A DNA stretch of 64,000 nt, taken from contig NC_091283.1 of NCBI RefSeq assembly GCF_032444005.1, positions 636,678,001 to 636,742,000 on the forward strand, written 5' to 3'. The translations under genes were made by a program, and so were the position numbers. Shown here in pieces: positions 47,590-60,254 of this stretch (position 1 is the stretch's first letter; each line of letters opens with the position of its first letter). The notes below the pieces were generated by a model. That model saw nothing but the letters and a program-made list of their open reading frames with translations, ran no database searches and had not been told where the DNA came from. This stretch comes from Ranitomeya imitator (taxonomy: Eukaryota).

Positions 47590-48582
47590 TCAGGCGACCT
47601 TCCAGTCAGGGGTAATACGGCGCCTCCGGGGACCAGATCCTCCAGGTTTGGTGGAAGCAGAGGCAGGCGTGGGCGCAGGAGGGTCAAAACCCCATTGGGA
47701 CAGGGTCTTGGCTGCTTGCGACGGGGATAGGCACGTGGTAAACGAACCGTCTTTACGAATGCAAAACTTGGTGGGGAAACCCCAGCGGTATAATATACCC
47801 TTTTCCCTCAGGATTGAGGTGTATGGTGCAAAAGCCCTGCGGAGGGCTAGAGTTCCTGGAGACAGATCAGGGAAAACTGCAATGGTAGCAAATCGTTCAG
47901 GTAGCGACGGTTTCAATCTTAGTGCTTGCAGAAATTCCTCCTTCATAACAAAAAAATGGATGCGAGCTAGTACATCTCTGGGTACCGCAGGGTCAAGGCC
48001 TGAGGGTTTAGGGATCCGATGAATACGGTCGATCACAACGTCATCTTTGGAATAAAGTGGGAGAACAGATATGACAAAGTCTTGTAGAAAGGCTCTGAGA
48101 TCACCAGCCCCAATTGATTCAGCAATGCCTCTTAGTTTCACATTATTTCTCCTGGATCTGTCTTCCAAATCCAGGGTTTTAGCATGAGTTTTGGTAACAA
48201 GCAGCTGCAGGTTATCATGAGCTTCCCACAAATCATGGTGAGAAGCTACCAGTTCAGACATTTCATTTTCAAGATGATCCGTGCGGCCTCCCAGCTCCTC
48301 CACCTCCCCCCTGAGCTCTGCCATCATGGAACGCATATCCTCCTGCAGGGAGGTACGGAGGTCACCAAGCATGTCCTTAAGCAGCGCTGCTGTAACTGGA
48401 GCCTCTGAGAGATCAGCCGCTGCTGTGCTTGAGGCAGAAGACTGAGAGCCTCGGCGTGCAGCTCTGGAGGATCTTGGAGAAAGCGGCGCCATCTTGGACC
48501 TCTGAGGCTGCTGAGGGGTGGCTGCAAAGAAGTCCACAATGCACCTGGAAGGGTCCCCTGCGCCGGCTTTAGATTTCCCCAT
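47590..48582 (-). CDS. L1 ORF1p, 330 aa, uninterrupted
   Basis: Coiled-coil region, DLEDRSRRNNVKLRGIAE, IDRIHR, VFPDLS, YRWGFP. Confidence 0.9.
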   Translation of the reverse strand: MGKSKAGAGDPSRCIVDFFAATPQQPQRSKMAPLSPRSSRAARRGSQSSASSTAAADLSEAPVTAALLKDMLGDLRTSLQEDMRSMMAELRGEVEELGGRTDHLENEMSELVASHHDLWEAHDNLQLLVTKTHAKTLDLEDRSRRNNVKLRGIAESIGAGDLRAFLQDFVISVLPLYSKDDVVIDRIHRIPKPSGLDPAVPRDVLARIHFFVMKEEFLQALRLKPSLPERFATIAVFPDLSPGTLALRRAFAPYTSILREKGILYRWGFPTKFCIRKDGSFTTCLSPSQAAKTLSQWGFDPPAPTPASASTKPGGSGPRRRRITPDWKVA

Positions 48583-48801
48583 ACACTCACCGAACGGTAA
48601 GGAGCAGGAGTGGGGCGTTCTGGAGGAGAAAGCGCCGTCTGTGCGCTGCTGTGTGCCGCTTTATGAGTCCTGGGAACGGAGCTCCCGCACTATGCGACCT
48701 GCACCATCAGAAGTCAGGCCACGCCCCCCAGGTTTTGATTTTTTTACATTCAAACAAACTAATTCAAATTAATTAGTTTTCATGTGTAATGACCATACGT
48801 A

Positions 48802-50545
48802 CAGTGGGTAAAATATGTATTTTTATGTGTTGCAGATTTTCCTCTTTCCACACCTACAAAGAATGGAGTGATCTGTAGTAATTTTCATATTAGCTTCACT
48901 TCTAATGTGAGAAATAGAATTAAAAAAATCGAGAAACTACCATTGTAAGATTTGTAAATAATTATTTAGCATTTTATTGGATTAAATAAGTATTTGATAC
49001 AATAGAAAAATATAAATTAATATTTGGTACAGAAACCTTTTTTTGCAATTGCAGATGTATTATGTACTTCTTGACCAAGTTAGCTCCCAAGGCAGCAGGG
49101 ATTTTGAACCACTTCGCCATACAGATCTTTCAGGTTTCCTGGCTGTTACAGGGAAACATTGAGTTGCAGCTCTCTCAAAATATTTTCTATTGGGTTCAGG
49201 TCTGGAGACTGGCTAGGCCACTCCAGGATATTCAAATGCTTCTTACGGAGCTACTCCTTAGTTGCCAGGGTGGTGTGTTTCGGGTCTTTGTCATGCTGGA
49301 AGATCCAGCCACGACCCACCTTCAATGATCTTGCTAAGGGAAGGAGCTTGCTGGCCAAAAGCGTGGGACATATGACACCAACCATCCTCCCTTCAATACG
49401 ATGCATTTGTCCTGTCCCCTTTGCAGAAAAGCACCCCCAAAAGCATGATGCTTCCCCCACCATGCATCATTGTGGGGATGGTGTTATTACAGTTAATAGC
49501 CCTCTGTGTCTGTACTGTTACATACTTAGGCAGTTAACTGGTTCATGCAGCTTTACATGAACACCCGAGCCATACACTATGGCTGGTCCGAATAACTATA
49601 GCATTTGTTACCATCCACCTCTCGTGTCTCCCCTTTTCCTCATAGTTTGTAAGCTTGCGAGCAGGGCCCTCATTCCTCCTGGTATCTGTTTTGAACTGTA
49701 TTCCTGTTATGCTGTAATGTCTATTGTCTGTGCAAGTCCCCTCTATAATTTGTAAAGCGCTGCGGAATATGTTGGCGCTATATAAATAAAAAAAATTATT
49801 ATTATTGTTACAGTTGTGTTCATCCTCCTTCCCCCAAACATGGAGAGTGGAGTTAATACCAAAAAGGTCTATTTTGGTCTCATCTGACCACATGACCTTC
49901 TTCCATGCCTCCTTTGGATCTTCCAAATGGTCATTGATAAACAACCCACGGGCCTGGACATGTACTGGCATCAGCAGGGGGGCACTGCGTGCCCTGCAGG
50001 ATTTTAAGCCATGACAGCGTACTGTGTAACTAATGGTAATCTTTGACAAAGTGGTCCCACTTCTCTTCAGGTCATTAACCAGATCTTCTTGTGTAGTTCT
50101 TGGCTAATTCCTGACCTTCCTCTGAATAATCCTTACCCACAAAGCGAAATCTTACATGGAGCCCCAGACCAGGAATTATTGAGTCATTATAGTGTTTCTT
50201 CCATTTTCTAATAATTGAGCCAACAGTTGTTGCTATCTCACCTGCTTGCCTATTGTACTGCAGCCCATCCCAGCTTTGTGCAGATCTACAATTTTGTCCC
50301 TGGTGTCTTTAGACAGCTGTCTAACAAATGGTGGAGAGGTGGGAGTGTGATTGATTGAGCATGTGGACAGGTGTCTTTTATACAGGTAATGAGTTCAAAA
50401 AGGTGCAATTAATAAAGGTAGTGAGTGCAGAGTAGAAGGGCTTCTTAAAGGAAAACTAACAGGTCTGTGAGAGTCAGAATTCCTGCCCATTGGTAGGGAT
50501 GAAATACTTATTTTATGCATTAAAATGCAAATTAATTATTTTAAA
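48802..50545 (-). mobile_element. Decayed Tc1-family transposon
   Basis: TA-CAGTGGG terminus at 48802; minus-strand fragments [37 protein letters not shown]. Confidence 0.85.
49495..49807 (+). mobile_element. L2-type LINE 3' fragment inserted in the decayed Tc1
   Basis: Ends TGTAAAGCGCTGCGGAATATGTTGGCGCTATATAAATAAA plus an ATT-repeat tail; TTACAGTT direct repeat at 49487-49494 and 49808-49815. Confidence 0.72.
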
Positions 50546-50559
50546 TCTTTTTCACAATC

Positions 50560-50834
50560 CCCCTTGCTAACCAAACTGTGTCTGCACCCATACCTCTCAA
50601 CCCCCCTCTCAACCTCTTGTAACCACCGATTGACCAAACCGCTGCACGGCCAGCTCTACCCTCACCTACTGTATCCTCACCCATCCCTTGTAGATTGTGA
50701 GCCCTCGCGGGCAGGGTCCTCTCTCCTCCTGTACCAGTTGTGACTTGTATTTTTCAAGATTATTGTACTTGTTTTATTATGTATACCCCTCCTCACATGT
50801 AAAGCGCCATGGAATAAATGGCGCTATAATAATA

Positions 50835-50866
<32 letters not shown>
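50560..50866 (+). mobile_element. L2-type LINE 3' fragment with (AAT)n tail
   Basis: TAGATTGTGAGCCCTCGCGGGCAGGG...TGTAAAGCGCCATGGAATAAATGGCGCTAT(AAT)n. Confidence 0.78.
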
Positions 50867-50867
<1 letters not shown>

Positions 50868-50979
50868 CCCCATACTGTGTCTGCATCCATAACATACATA
50901 TTTTGTCCACACACGCATCATCTCTATTACAATTAAACTTTGGTGTCTTCATCTCCTCCGGAACATTTACTACTAATGC

Positions 50980-51560
50980 TGTTATGATCCGGTTCAGGTT
51001 GGAGTCAGAATTACTGCAACCCCTAGGGGGAGCAGAGGAAGGTAACATAGAGGATTGCGGGAGTTGGTGTACAGGAGAAGCGATACGCTAGTAGAGGATA
51101 AGGAGGGTAGCGTAGTCAGATGGAAGCCAGAGGTCGGTACACAGAAGTGATACGTTAGCAAAGAAGCAGGAGGTTAGCGTAGTCAGATGGCAGCCAGAGG
51201 TCGGTACACAGGAGAAGCGATTATTTTAGAAGAGGAGCAGGTGGTTAGCATAGTCAGATGGCAGCCATAGGTCGGTACACAGGAGAAGCGATACGTTAAC
51301 AGAGGAGCAGGCGGTTAGCTTAGTCAGATGGCAGCTAGGGGTCAGTACACAGGAAACAGCAGTATTCATATAAGGAGCAGCAGGAGGGGAAAAAGCTTGA
51401 CTGGAGGCTAGGGGCACAATAATCTCACAATGCATGACTCATAAGGCCAGGTTTATATAGGGCGTGTAATTATCAATCAGTGGGCCAATTAGGAGAGCAC
51501 AGGGTGGAGCTGATCAGAAACATTAGTCACTGGTATCTGGGTTTATCAAGGATTTGTCCA
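50980..51560 (-). mobile_element. Partial Ty3/Gypsy-type LTR with ~68-bp internal repeats
   Basis: TGTTATGATCC terminus, about 4 copies of GTAGTCAGATGGCAGCCAGAGGTCGGTACACAGG, TATA-like CCTATATAA on minus; cut by a MITE. Confidence 0.6.
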
Positions 51561-51564
51561 GTGA

Positions 51565-51897
51565 GGCTACTTTCACACTAGCGTCGTTCGACGCACGTCA
51601 CAATGCGTCGTTTTGGAGAAAAAACTGCAAAGTTGCCCGCAGAATGCGCTTTTTCTCCATAGACTTGCATTAGCGACGCATTGCCACACTTTCGCAGTCC
51701 GTCGGGACAAATAAAGTTGCATGCAACGTTTTTTTGTCCGTCGGTTCCGCTTTTTCAAACCGCACATGCGCGGCCGGAACTCCGCCCCCTCCTCCCCGGA
51801 CCTTACAATGGGGCAGCAGATGCGTTGAAAAACTGCATCCGCTGCCCCGTTGTGATTTTATTTCACAGTATGCGTCGGTGCGTCGTACCGACGCTAG
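51565..51897. mobile_element. Harbinger-like MITE missing the last ~12 bp of its right TIR
   Basis: GGCTACTTTCACACTAGCGTCG ... CGACGCTAGT. Confidence 0.8.
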
Positions 51898-51984
51898 TAA
51901 TAGATCAGGAGGCAGGGCTGATGGCTGGTGGACAGTAGTTACTGGGTTTGATCCCTGAGAAACGCTGTATGGGGGTGCTGGAAA

Positions 51985-52279
51985 GTGATCAGATCATCTG
52001 GCAATCAGAACTTAAATTTTACTCGTGTCTTACAGTCATGATGTCCAAAACTTGTTTGGACCAGGCTGGATTAACCTGAATTTGATGTGTGGAATTACTG
52101 TGTATGTAATGGTGCTGTGAGATCAGTGGCCCAACATCATTTAACCCTTTAAAAAGATCAGTTACTTATCCAAATCTGTGAAAAATTGGCTGTTTGCCCA
52201 CTTTGATGTCATTTCTGATGCCCAATATCTGTGTATTTTTATAGTGAGATCAGTGACCCCAAGTAATTTAACCCCTTAA
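51985..52279. repeat. About 172-bp tandem repeat, left part
   Basis: Units with GTGAGATCAGTGGCCC..TTAACCCCTT..CAAATCTGTG..GCTGTTTGCCCACTTTGATG; continues at 57043. Confidence 0.7.
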
Positions 52280-55200
52280 CCGCTTTACCCCCAAGGGTGG
52301 TTTGCACGTTAATGACCGGGCCAATTTTTACAATTCTGACCACTGTTCCTTTATGAGGTTATAACTCTGGAACGCTTAAACGGAGCCCAGTGATTATGAC
52401 ACTGTTTTCTCGTGACATATTGTACTTCATGATAGTGGTAAAACATTTTTGATAGTACCTGTGTTTATTTGTGAAAAAAACAAAAATTTCGAGAAAATTT
52501 TGAAAATTTCGCAATTTTCCAACTTTGAATTTTTATGCAATTACATCACAGAGATATGTCACACAAAATACTTAATAAGTAACATTTCCCACATGTCTAC
52601 TTTACATCAGCACAATTTTGGAACCAAATTTTTTTTTTGTTAGGGAGTTATAAGGGTTAAAAGTTGACGAGCAATTTCTCATTTTTACAACACCATTTTT
52701 TTTTAGGGACCACATCTCATTTGAAGTCATTTTGAGGGGCCTATATATGATAGAAAATACCCAAGTGTAACACCATTCTAAAAACTGCACCCCTCAAGGT
52801 GCTCAAAACCATATACAAGAAGTTTATTAACCCTTCTGGCGCTTCACAGGAATTTTTGGAATATTTAAATAAAAATGAACATATAACTTTTTTTCACAAA
52901 AAATTTACTTCAGCTCCAATTTGTTTTATTTTACCAAGGGTAACAGGAGAAAATGGACCCCAAAAGTTGTTTTACAATTTGTCCTGAGTACACCGATACC
53001 CCATATGTGGGGGTAAACCACTGTTTGGGCGCATGACAGAGCTCGGAAGCGAAGGAGCGCCATTTGACTTTTCAATGCAAAATTGACTGGAATCGAGATG
53101 GGACACCATGTTGCGTTTGGAGAGCCCCTGATGTGCCTAAACATTGAAACCCCCCATAAGTGACACCATTTTGGAAAGTAGACCCCCTAAGGAACTTATC
53201 TAGAGGTGTGGTGAGCACTTCGACCCACCAAGTGCTTCACAGAAGTTTATAATGCATAACCGTAAAAATAAAAAATCATACATTTTCACAAAAATTATCT
53301 TTTCACCCCTAATTTTTTATTTTCCCAAGGGTAAGAGAAGAAATTGGACCCCAAAAGTTGTTGTACAATTTGTCCTGAGTACGCCGATACCCCATATGTG
53401 GGGGTGAACCACTGTTTGGGCGCATGGGAGAGCTCGGAAGGGAAGGAACGCCATTTGACTTTTCAATGCAAAATTGACTGGAATCGAGATGGGACACCAT
53501 GTTGCATTTGGAGAGCCCCTGATGTGTCTAAACATTGAAACCCCCCACAAGTGACACCATTTTGGAAAGTAGACCCCCTAAGGAACTTATCTAGATGTGT
53601 GGTGAGCACTTTGACCCACCAAGTGCTTCACAGAAGTTTATAATGCAGAAACGTAAAAATAAAAAATCATTTTTTCACAAAAATTATCTTTTCGCCCCCA
53701 ATTTTTTATTTTCCCATGGGTAAGAGAAGAAATTGGACCCCAAAAGTTGTTGTACAATTTGTCCTGAGTACGCTGATACCCCATATGTGGGGGTAAACCA
53801 CTGTGGGCGCATGGGAGAGCTCGGAAGGGAAAGAGCGCCGTTTGACTTTTCAATGCAAAATTGACAGGAATTGAGAAGGGACGCTATGTTGCGTTTGGAG
53901 AGCCACTGATGTGCCTAAACATTGAAACCCCCCACAAGTGACACCATATTGGAAAGTAGACCACCTAAGGAACTTATCTAGAGGTGTGGTGAGCACTTTG
54001 ACCCACCAATTGCTTCACAGAAGTTTATAATGCTGAACCGTAAAAATAAAAAAAATCATATTTTTTCACAAAAATTATCTTTTCACCCCTAATTTTTTAT
54101 TTTCCCAAGGGTAAGAGAAGAAATTGGACCCCAATAGTTGTTGTACAATTTGTCCTGAGTACGCTGATACCCCATATGTGGAGGTAAACCACTGTTTGGG
54201 CGCATGGGAGAGCTCGGAAAGGAAGTAGCATATTTTGACTTTTCAATGCAAAGTTGACAGGAATTGAGATGGGACGCCATGTTGCGTTTGGAGAGCCACC
54301 GATGTGTTTAAACATTGAAACCCCCCACAAGTGACACCATTTTGGTTTATAATGCAGAGCCGTAAAAATAAAACAAAAATTTTTCCCACAAAAATTATTT
54401 TTTTAGCCCCCAGTTTTGTATTTTCCCGAGGGTAACAGGAGAAATTGGACCCCAAAATTTGTTGTCCAATTTGCCCTGAGTGCGGTGATACACCATATGT
54501 GGGGGGAACCATTGTTTGGACGCATGGAGGGCTCGGAAGGGAAGGAGCGCCATTTGGAATGCAGACTTAGATGGAATGGTCTGCAGGTGTCACATTGCGT
54601 TTGCAGAACCCCTAATGTACCTAAACAGTAGAAACCCCCCACAAGTGACACCATTTTGGAAACTAGACCCCCTAAGGAACTCATCGAGATGTGTTGTGAG
54701 AGCTTTGAACCCCCAAGTGTTTCACTACAGTTTGTAACGCAGAGCCGTGAAAAAAAAAAAAAAACTTTCCCCCAAAAATTATTTTTTAGCCCCCAGTTTT
54801 GTATTTTCCCGAGGGTAAGAGGAGAAATTAGACCCCAAAAGTTGTTGTCCAATTTGTCCTGAGTACGCTGATACCCCATATGTAAGGGAAAAAACCATCG
54901 TTTGGGCGCATGGGAGGGCTCGGAAGGGAAGGAGCGCCATTTGGAATGCAGACTTAGATGGAATGGTCTGCAGGCGTCACATTGCGTTTGCAGAGCCCCT
55001 AATATACCTAAACAGTAGAAACCTCCCACAAGTGACCCCATATTGGAAACTAGACCCCCCCAAGGAACTTATCTAGATGTGTTGTGAGAACTTTGAAGCC
55101 CCAAGTGTTTCACTACAGTTTATAACGCAGAGCCGTGAAAATAAAAAATCTTTTTTTTTCCCACAAAAATTATTTTTTAGCCCCTAGTTTTTGTATTTTC

Positions 55201-57038
55201 CCAAGGGTAACAGGAGAAATTGGACCCCAAAAGTTGTTGTCCTATTTGTCCTGAGTACGCTGATACCCCATATGTTAGGGTAAACCCGTTTGGGCACACG
55301 GGAGAGCTCGGAAGGGAAGGAGCACTGTTTTACTTTTTCAACGCAGAATTGGCTGGAATTGAGATCGGACGCCATGTCGCGTTTGGAGAGCCCCTGATGT
55401 GCCTAAACAGTGGAAACCCCCCAATTATAACTGAAACCCTAATCCAAACACACCCCTAACCCTAATCCCAACAGTAACCCTAACCACACCTCTAACCCTG
55501 ACACACCCCTAACCCTAATCCCAATCCTATTCCCAACTGTAAATGTAATCTAAACCCTAACCGTAACTTTAGCCCAAACCCTAACTTTAGCCCCAACCCT
55601 AACTGTAGCCTTAACCCTAGCCCTAATGGGAAAATGGAAATAAATACATTTTTTTAATTTTTCCCTAACTAAGGGGGTGATGAAGAGGGGTTTGATTTAC
55701 TTTTATAGCGGGGTTTTTAGCGGATTTTTATGATTCGCAGCCGTCACACACTGAAAGACGCTTTTTATTGCAAAAAATATTTTTTTCGTTACCACATTTT
55801 GAGAGCTATAATTTTTCCATATTTTGGTCCATAGAGTCATGTGAGGTCTTGTTTTTTGCGGGACGAGTTGACGTTTTTATTGGTAGCATTTTCGGGCACG
55901 TGACTTTTTTGATCGCTTTTTATTCCAATTTTTGTGGGGCAGAATGACCAAAAACCAGCTAATCATGAATTTCTTTTGGGGGAGGCGTTTATACCGTTCC
56001 GCGTTTGGTAAAATTGATAAAGCAGTTTTATTCTTCGGCTCAGTACGATTACAGCGACACCTCATTTATATCATTTTTTTATGTTTTGGCGCTTTTATAC
56101 GATAAAAACTATTTTATAGAAAAAATAATTATTTTTGCATCGCTTTATTCTCAGGACTATAACTTTATTTTTTTGCTGATGATGCTGTATGGCGGCTCGT
56201 TTTTTGCGGGACAAGATGACGTTTTCAGCGGTACCATGGTTATGTATATGTCTTTTTGATCGCGTGTTATTCCACTTTTTGTTCGGCGGTATGATAATAA
56301 AGCGTTGTTTTTTGCCTCGTTTTTTTTTTCTTACGGTGTTTACTGAAGTGGTTAACTAGTGGGCCAGTTTTATAGGTCGGGCCGTTACGGACGCGGCAAT
56401 ACTAAATATGTGTACTTTTATTGTTTTTTTTTATTTAAATAAAGAAATGTATTTATGGGAATAATATTTTTTTTTTTTTCATTATTTAGGTTTTTTTTTT
56501 TTACTATTTTCCTTTGTCCCGGGGGGAAGGGACACATCACAGATCGTTGATCTGACAGTTTGCACAGCACTCTGTCAGATCAGCGATCTGTCTCAGAGCA
56601 CTGCAGCCTTACCAAGCGCCTGCTCTGAGCAGGCACTTGGTAAGACACCTCCCTCCCTGCAGGACCCGGATGCCACGGCCATCTTGGATCCAGGCCTGCT
56701 ACAGGGAGGGAGGTAAGAGACCCTCGCAGCAATGCGATCACGTCGCGTTGCTGCAGGGGGCTCAGGGAAGCCCGCAGGGAGCCCCCTCCCTGCGCGATGC
56801 TTCTCTATACTGCCGGCACATCGCGATCATGTTTGATCGCGGTGTGCCGGGGTTAATGTGCCGGGAGCGGTCCGTGACGGCTCCTGGCACATAGTGCCGG
56901 ATGTCAGCTGCGATAGGCAGCTGACACCCGGCCGCGCTCCCCCCGTGAGCGCGGCCGATCGCGTATGACGTACTATCCCGTCGGTGGTCATACGGGCCCA
57001 CCCCACCTCGACGGGATAGTACGTCTGTCAGAAAGGGG
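52280..57038 (-). mobile_element. Non-autonomous piggyBac-like (Tx1D-like) element, copy B, inverted relative to copy A
   Basis: TTAA at 52276-52279 and 57039-57042; reverse-complement homology to 14836-19548; about 7 units of the ~390-bp repeat. Confidence 0.9.
55433..55624 (-). repeat. Degenerate telomere-like array in copy B
   Basis: CCCTAA / CCCTAG / CCCCAA variants. Confidence 0.8.
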
Positions 57039-57042
57039 TTAA

Positions 57043-57575
57043 AAACAAGTTATTCAAATTTGTGACAATTGGCTGTTTGTCCACTTTGATGCCAATTCTG
57101 ATGCCCAGAACCCATTTGGTCCAGGTTGTAAGGACCCAAGTTTGATGTGGGGGATCAGTATCTGTGTATTTTTAGAGTGAGATCGGTGGCCCAAAGTAAT
57201 TTAACCCCTTAAAAACATGTTACTTATTCAAATCTGTGAATGTGGGCTGTTTGCCCACTTTGATGCCAATTCTGATTCCCAGAACCCATTTGGGCCAGGC
57301 TGGAGAGACCTGGATTTGATGCGGGGCACCACTAGCTGTGAATTCTTAGTGTGAGATCAGTGGCCCAAAGTCATTTAATCCCTTAATAACATCACTTATT
57401 CAAATCTGTGAAAATTGGCTGTTTGCCCACTTTGATGCCAATTCCGATGCCCAGAACCCATTTGGGCCAGGCTGGAGAGACCTGAATTTGATGTGGGGCT
57501 CCCTGTTCTCTATATCTGCAGTGTGATATCACTTGCCCAAAGTCATTTAACCCTTTCATTAAAACCCGTCGGTTT
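57043..57575. repeat. About 172-bp tandem repeat, right part (about 3 units)
   Basis: Anchor GATGCCAATTC.GAT.CCCAGAACCCATTTGG at about 57089, 57262 and 57432. Confidence 0.82.
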
Positions 57576-58559
57576 GATGCCCAATTTTGTGCCAGTTTTA
57601 TAATTTTTGTAGCTGTTTTTATGTGTATTCCCATCAGGGCACCTCGCTGCATTGCATGTTATTATTGTGATGCTTATTTTTTGTTGTTAAACCTATAAAA
57701 AAAACAGAAAATTGCTGAATAAGAAACTGACGAATAAGAAACCAACTTCAGCATCATGATAACAACCGTATGGGAAAAAATTGAGTCCAAATGAGCACTT
57801 TCATTAAATTTAACTAGAAGTCTTGACCATACAATCGCTCTGATAATACATTCCAGTACTTCTATATTGTAAAGCCTCAGGCTGCATTAAAAACTTATCA
57901 GCACGCCTGTGATGGGGGTAATGGATCACAGAGGTAATAACACAACTTTTCTATCAAACATGAAGATACCCAATTTCTGATTTTACCTAGAATAATGCAG
58001 CATGTTACTGTCCTAAGTAAATGAGATTTCTAAGCTCTCATGCACACACTGCCTATTTTTTCTGACAGATTTTGAGCAGTTTCAAATCTTCAGGATGTTA
58101 ATTCTTTCAGCATTTTCACCCATTCTAACAAATAGCAATATTTCTGGAATTCAGTTTCCTGGAATAATTTACTCTTCATTAGTGGTTTTAGTAGTTCCAC
58201 ATTTCTCTTTCTCTACATTTATTAAGTTGTCTTCCTTTTAAGTCACATTTTCTGCTTCTTCTCACTTCAGTCCCTCCTGTAGCGAGGTTTCTGGTAGACT
58301 TTTTATTTTGGAGATCAGTCTTACAAAGTGATAGCTTAAGGGATTATGGATCTTTCTGAGCTTACAGTGATTAAAAACATAAATAGCTTATTATAGCTCA
58401 CATTTTTTCATCTGTTAAATTCAACCACGTGCCCCATTTTTTTTGTATTTGACGCCAAAAAAAATAGTAATTGAATGCCACAAAATAAAAAATGGCATCT
58501 TTAAAAAAAAAAAAAGCACATCATGCTGCCTGTTCTGTCAGCTGCTGCAGCACCACACA

Positions 58560-59110
58560 GGTACAATGGCCGGCGCTTTATATTACTGACGTGGCCACAG
58601 CCGCCTCATCCTGAGCACATTGTGTGGTGCACAGCACGGAATTACTGATTCTTTGCTGCTGAAATTGGAAGTTGCCGCTAATCCGGGCAATACACATAAC
58701 ATGGCGCTTATAGCTGAGGTGAAAGTGTGCGGGTCACTGCTGCCATAACAGAACGTCCTTTCCAGCACATAACCCCCGCTGTGAACTAAACACTATGCAC
58801 AGACACGGTGCCGCCGGTCTGAAGCGGAGAACGAGACGAAAAGATAAACGTTCCCTAGCCCTACGAGAGCAGAGCGAGCACTGAGTATCTGACGGGAGAA
58901 CAGTCACCACAGGCGCAGTGCGCGCTCACAGCACAGACACCGCGTGACCAAGCGGGGTCACATGACTCTTCCCGCCAGAAGCAAGGCGGAAACTAGCAGC
59001 GCTGGTCACGTGTGCGAGGTAAGGGGCTGCAGCACGTACTGTCCAAGGGACACCGCTGAGGAAGGGGGCGTGGCCATACGGACGTAAGGCGAAGTGTCGT
59101 GTAAGTACCC
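58560..59110. promoter_or_regulatory. CpG-rich promoter-like island, possible first exon on plus
   Basis: Local CpG enrichment in AT-rich non-TE sequence. GTCACATGAC 58957, GTCACGTG 59005, TTCCCGCC 58969, GGGGGCGTGGCC 59064, GCGCAGTGCGC 58913, AACATGGCG 58698, and donor GAG/GTAAGG at 59019. Confidence 0.45.
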
Positions 59111-59479
59111 CATACATAGTCTCTGAACAACCATAAACATTGTCAGAACTTTCTTCAGCTATTTGGGGCGGGGCTTTTATCTGTTTATTTGCATATTTGT
59201 GTGTTTACCAGGTGCCATTTGACAGTAATTATTTGAGGGAGGGGGTGTCTGATACTGTATACAGGGAAATGCAGGCTGAGCAGTTTATGGGGCACTAAGG
59301 TGCTGCTGAGTAGTTTTTGGGGCACCTTACTGCTTGTCAGTACTTCCAGTTACGCTCGCTGACACTATGAAAAGGGCTTCTGAATGTCCCCCCCATCCCC
59401 GCTGTGGGGTACACTCCCACGTTCATTAATTGTTGCTGGCTTGACGCTGCGTATTTATGCAGCGTCAAACCCACAGCGG

Positions 59480-59680
59480 CCAGATATTACAATATATTGC
59501 ACCCAATTGGGATTCGTGTGCCACTTACTGAATTACAGAAAAAAAAAACAAGATTCTACATCGATGAAAAATGAGGTATGTATAAAATGTCACATTTATT
59601 TACAAAATTCAAAATCCGGCATTTTCAACAAACCACAGATAATCCAATAAACCAACACGTTTCGCCTTAATCATGGCATG
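59480..59680 (-). mobile_element. Decayed Penelope pseudo-LTR remnant
   Basis: On minus GCC(ATGATTAA)GGC-GAAA-CGTGTTGG (hammerhead 3' half) followed by AATAAA. Confidence 0.45.
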
Positions 59681-60254
59681 TTCTAAAAGAATAAAGCAGT
59701 CTTAAATATCTAATAATACAAATCATATGTGCAACTATTGAGCAATCACAATATATCTCTGAGTGCCATGCACCTGTTGCTGCAAAACATAAACTCAATT
59801 AAACACAAGAAACATGCAGTGTAAATTGTAGAATAAGATCTTGTATGACATTAGTTCCTGTAAGGATTCTACACCTGCTGCCGCTAATAACAGCGAGAGC
59901 AGGTAGCGACTCGGAGAAGTATTCATCAGCCGGCGCCTGCGCTCTAAATTAATACCGTATATACTCGAGTATAAGCCGACCCCCCACTAATTTTGCCACA
60001 AAAAAATGGGAAAACTTAATGACTCGAGTATAAGCCTAGGGTGGGAAATGCAGCAGCTACCGGTAAATTTCAAAAGTAAAAATAGATACCAATAAAAGTA
60101 AAATTAATTGAGACATCAGTGGGTTAAGTGTTTTTGAATATCCATATTGAATCAGGAGCCCCATATAATGCTCCATAAAGTTTGATGGGCCCCATTAGAT
60201 GCTCCATATTAAAATATGCCCCATATAATCCTGCATAAAAGGTAATAAGGGCCC

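Larger units (their letters stand above)
44906..48729 (-). mobile_element. L1 LINE copy 4, 5'-intact, 3'-truncated just after YADD
   Basis: Starts GGGGGGCGTGGCC at 48729; ORF1, long spacer, then ORF2 fragments (YSINVNGLNSPGKR, CLQETH, APGPDG, LDAEKAFDRVHW, GLYADDVV). Confidence 0.93.

Noticed and set aside
57987-58411. Possible decayed Glu/Lys-rich exon on minus, bounded by AG and GT
   Set aside because: About 8 stops in about 141 codons in the best frame is no better than chance for AT-rich DNA, the acceptor is weak and no protein family is recognisable.
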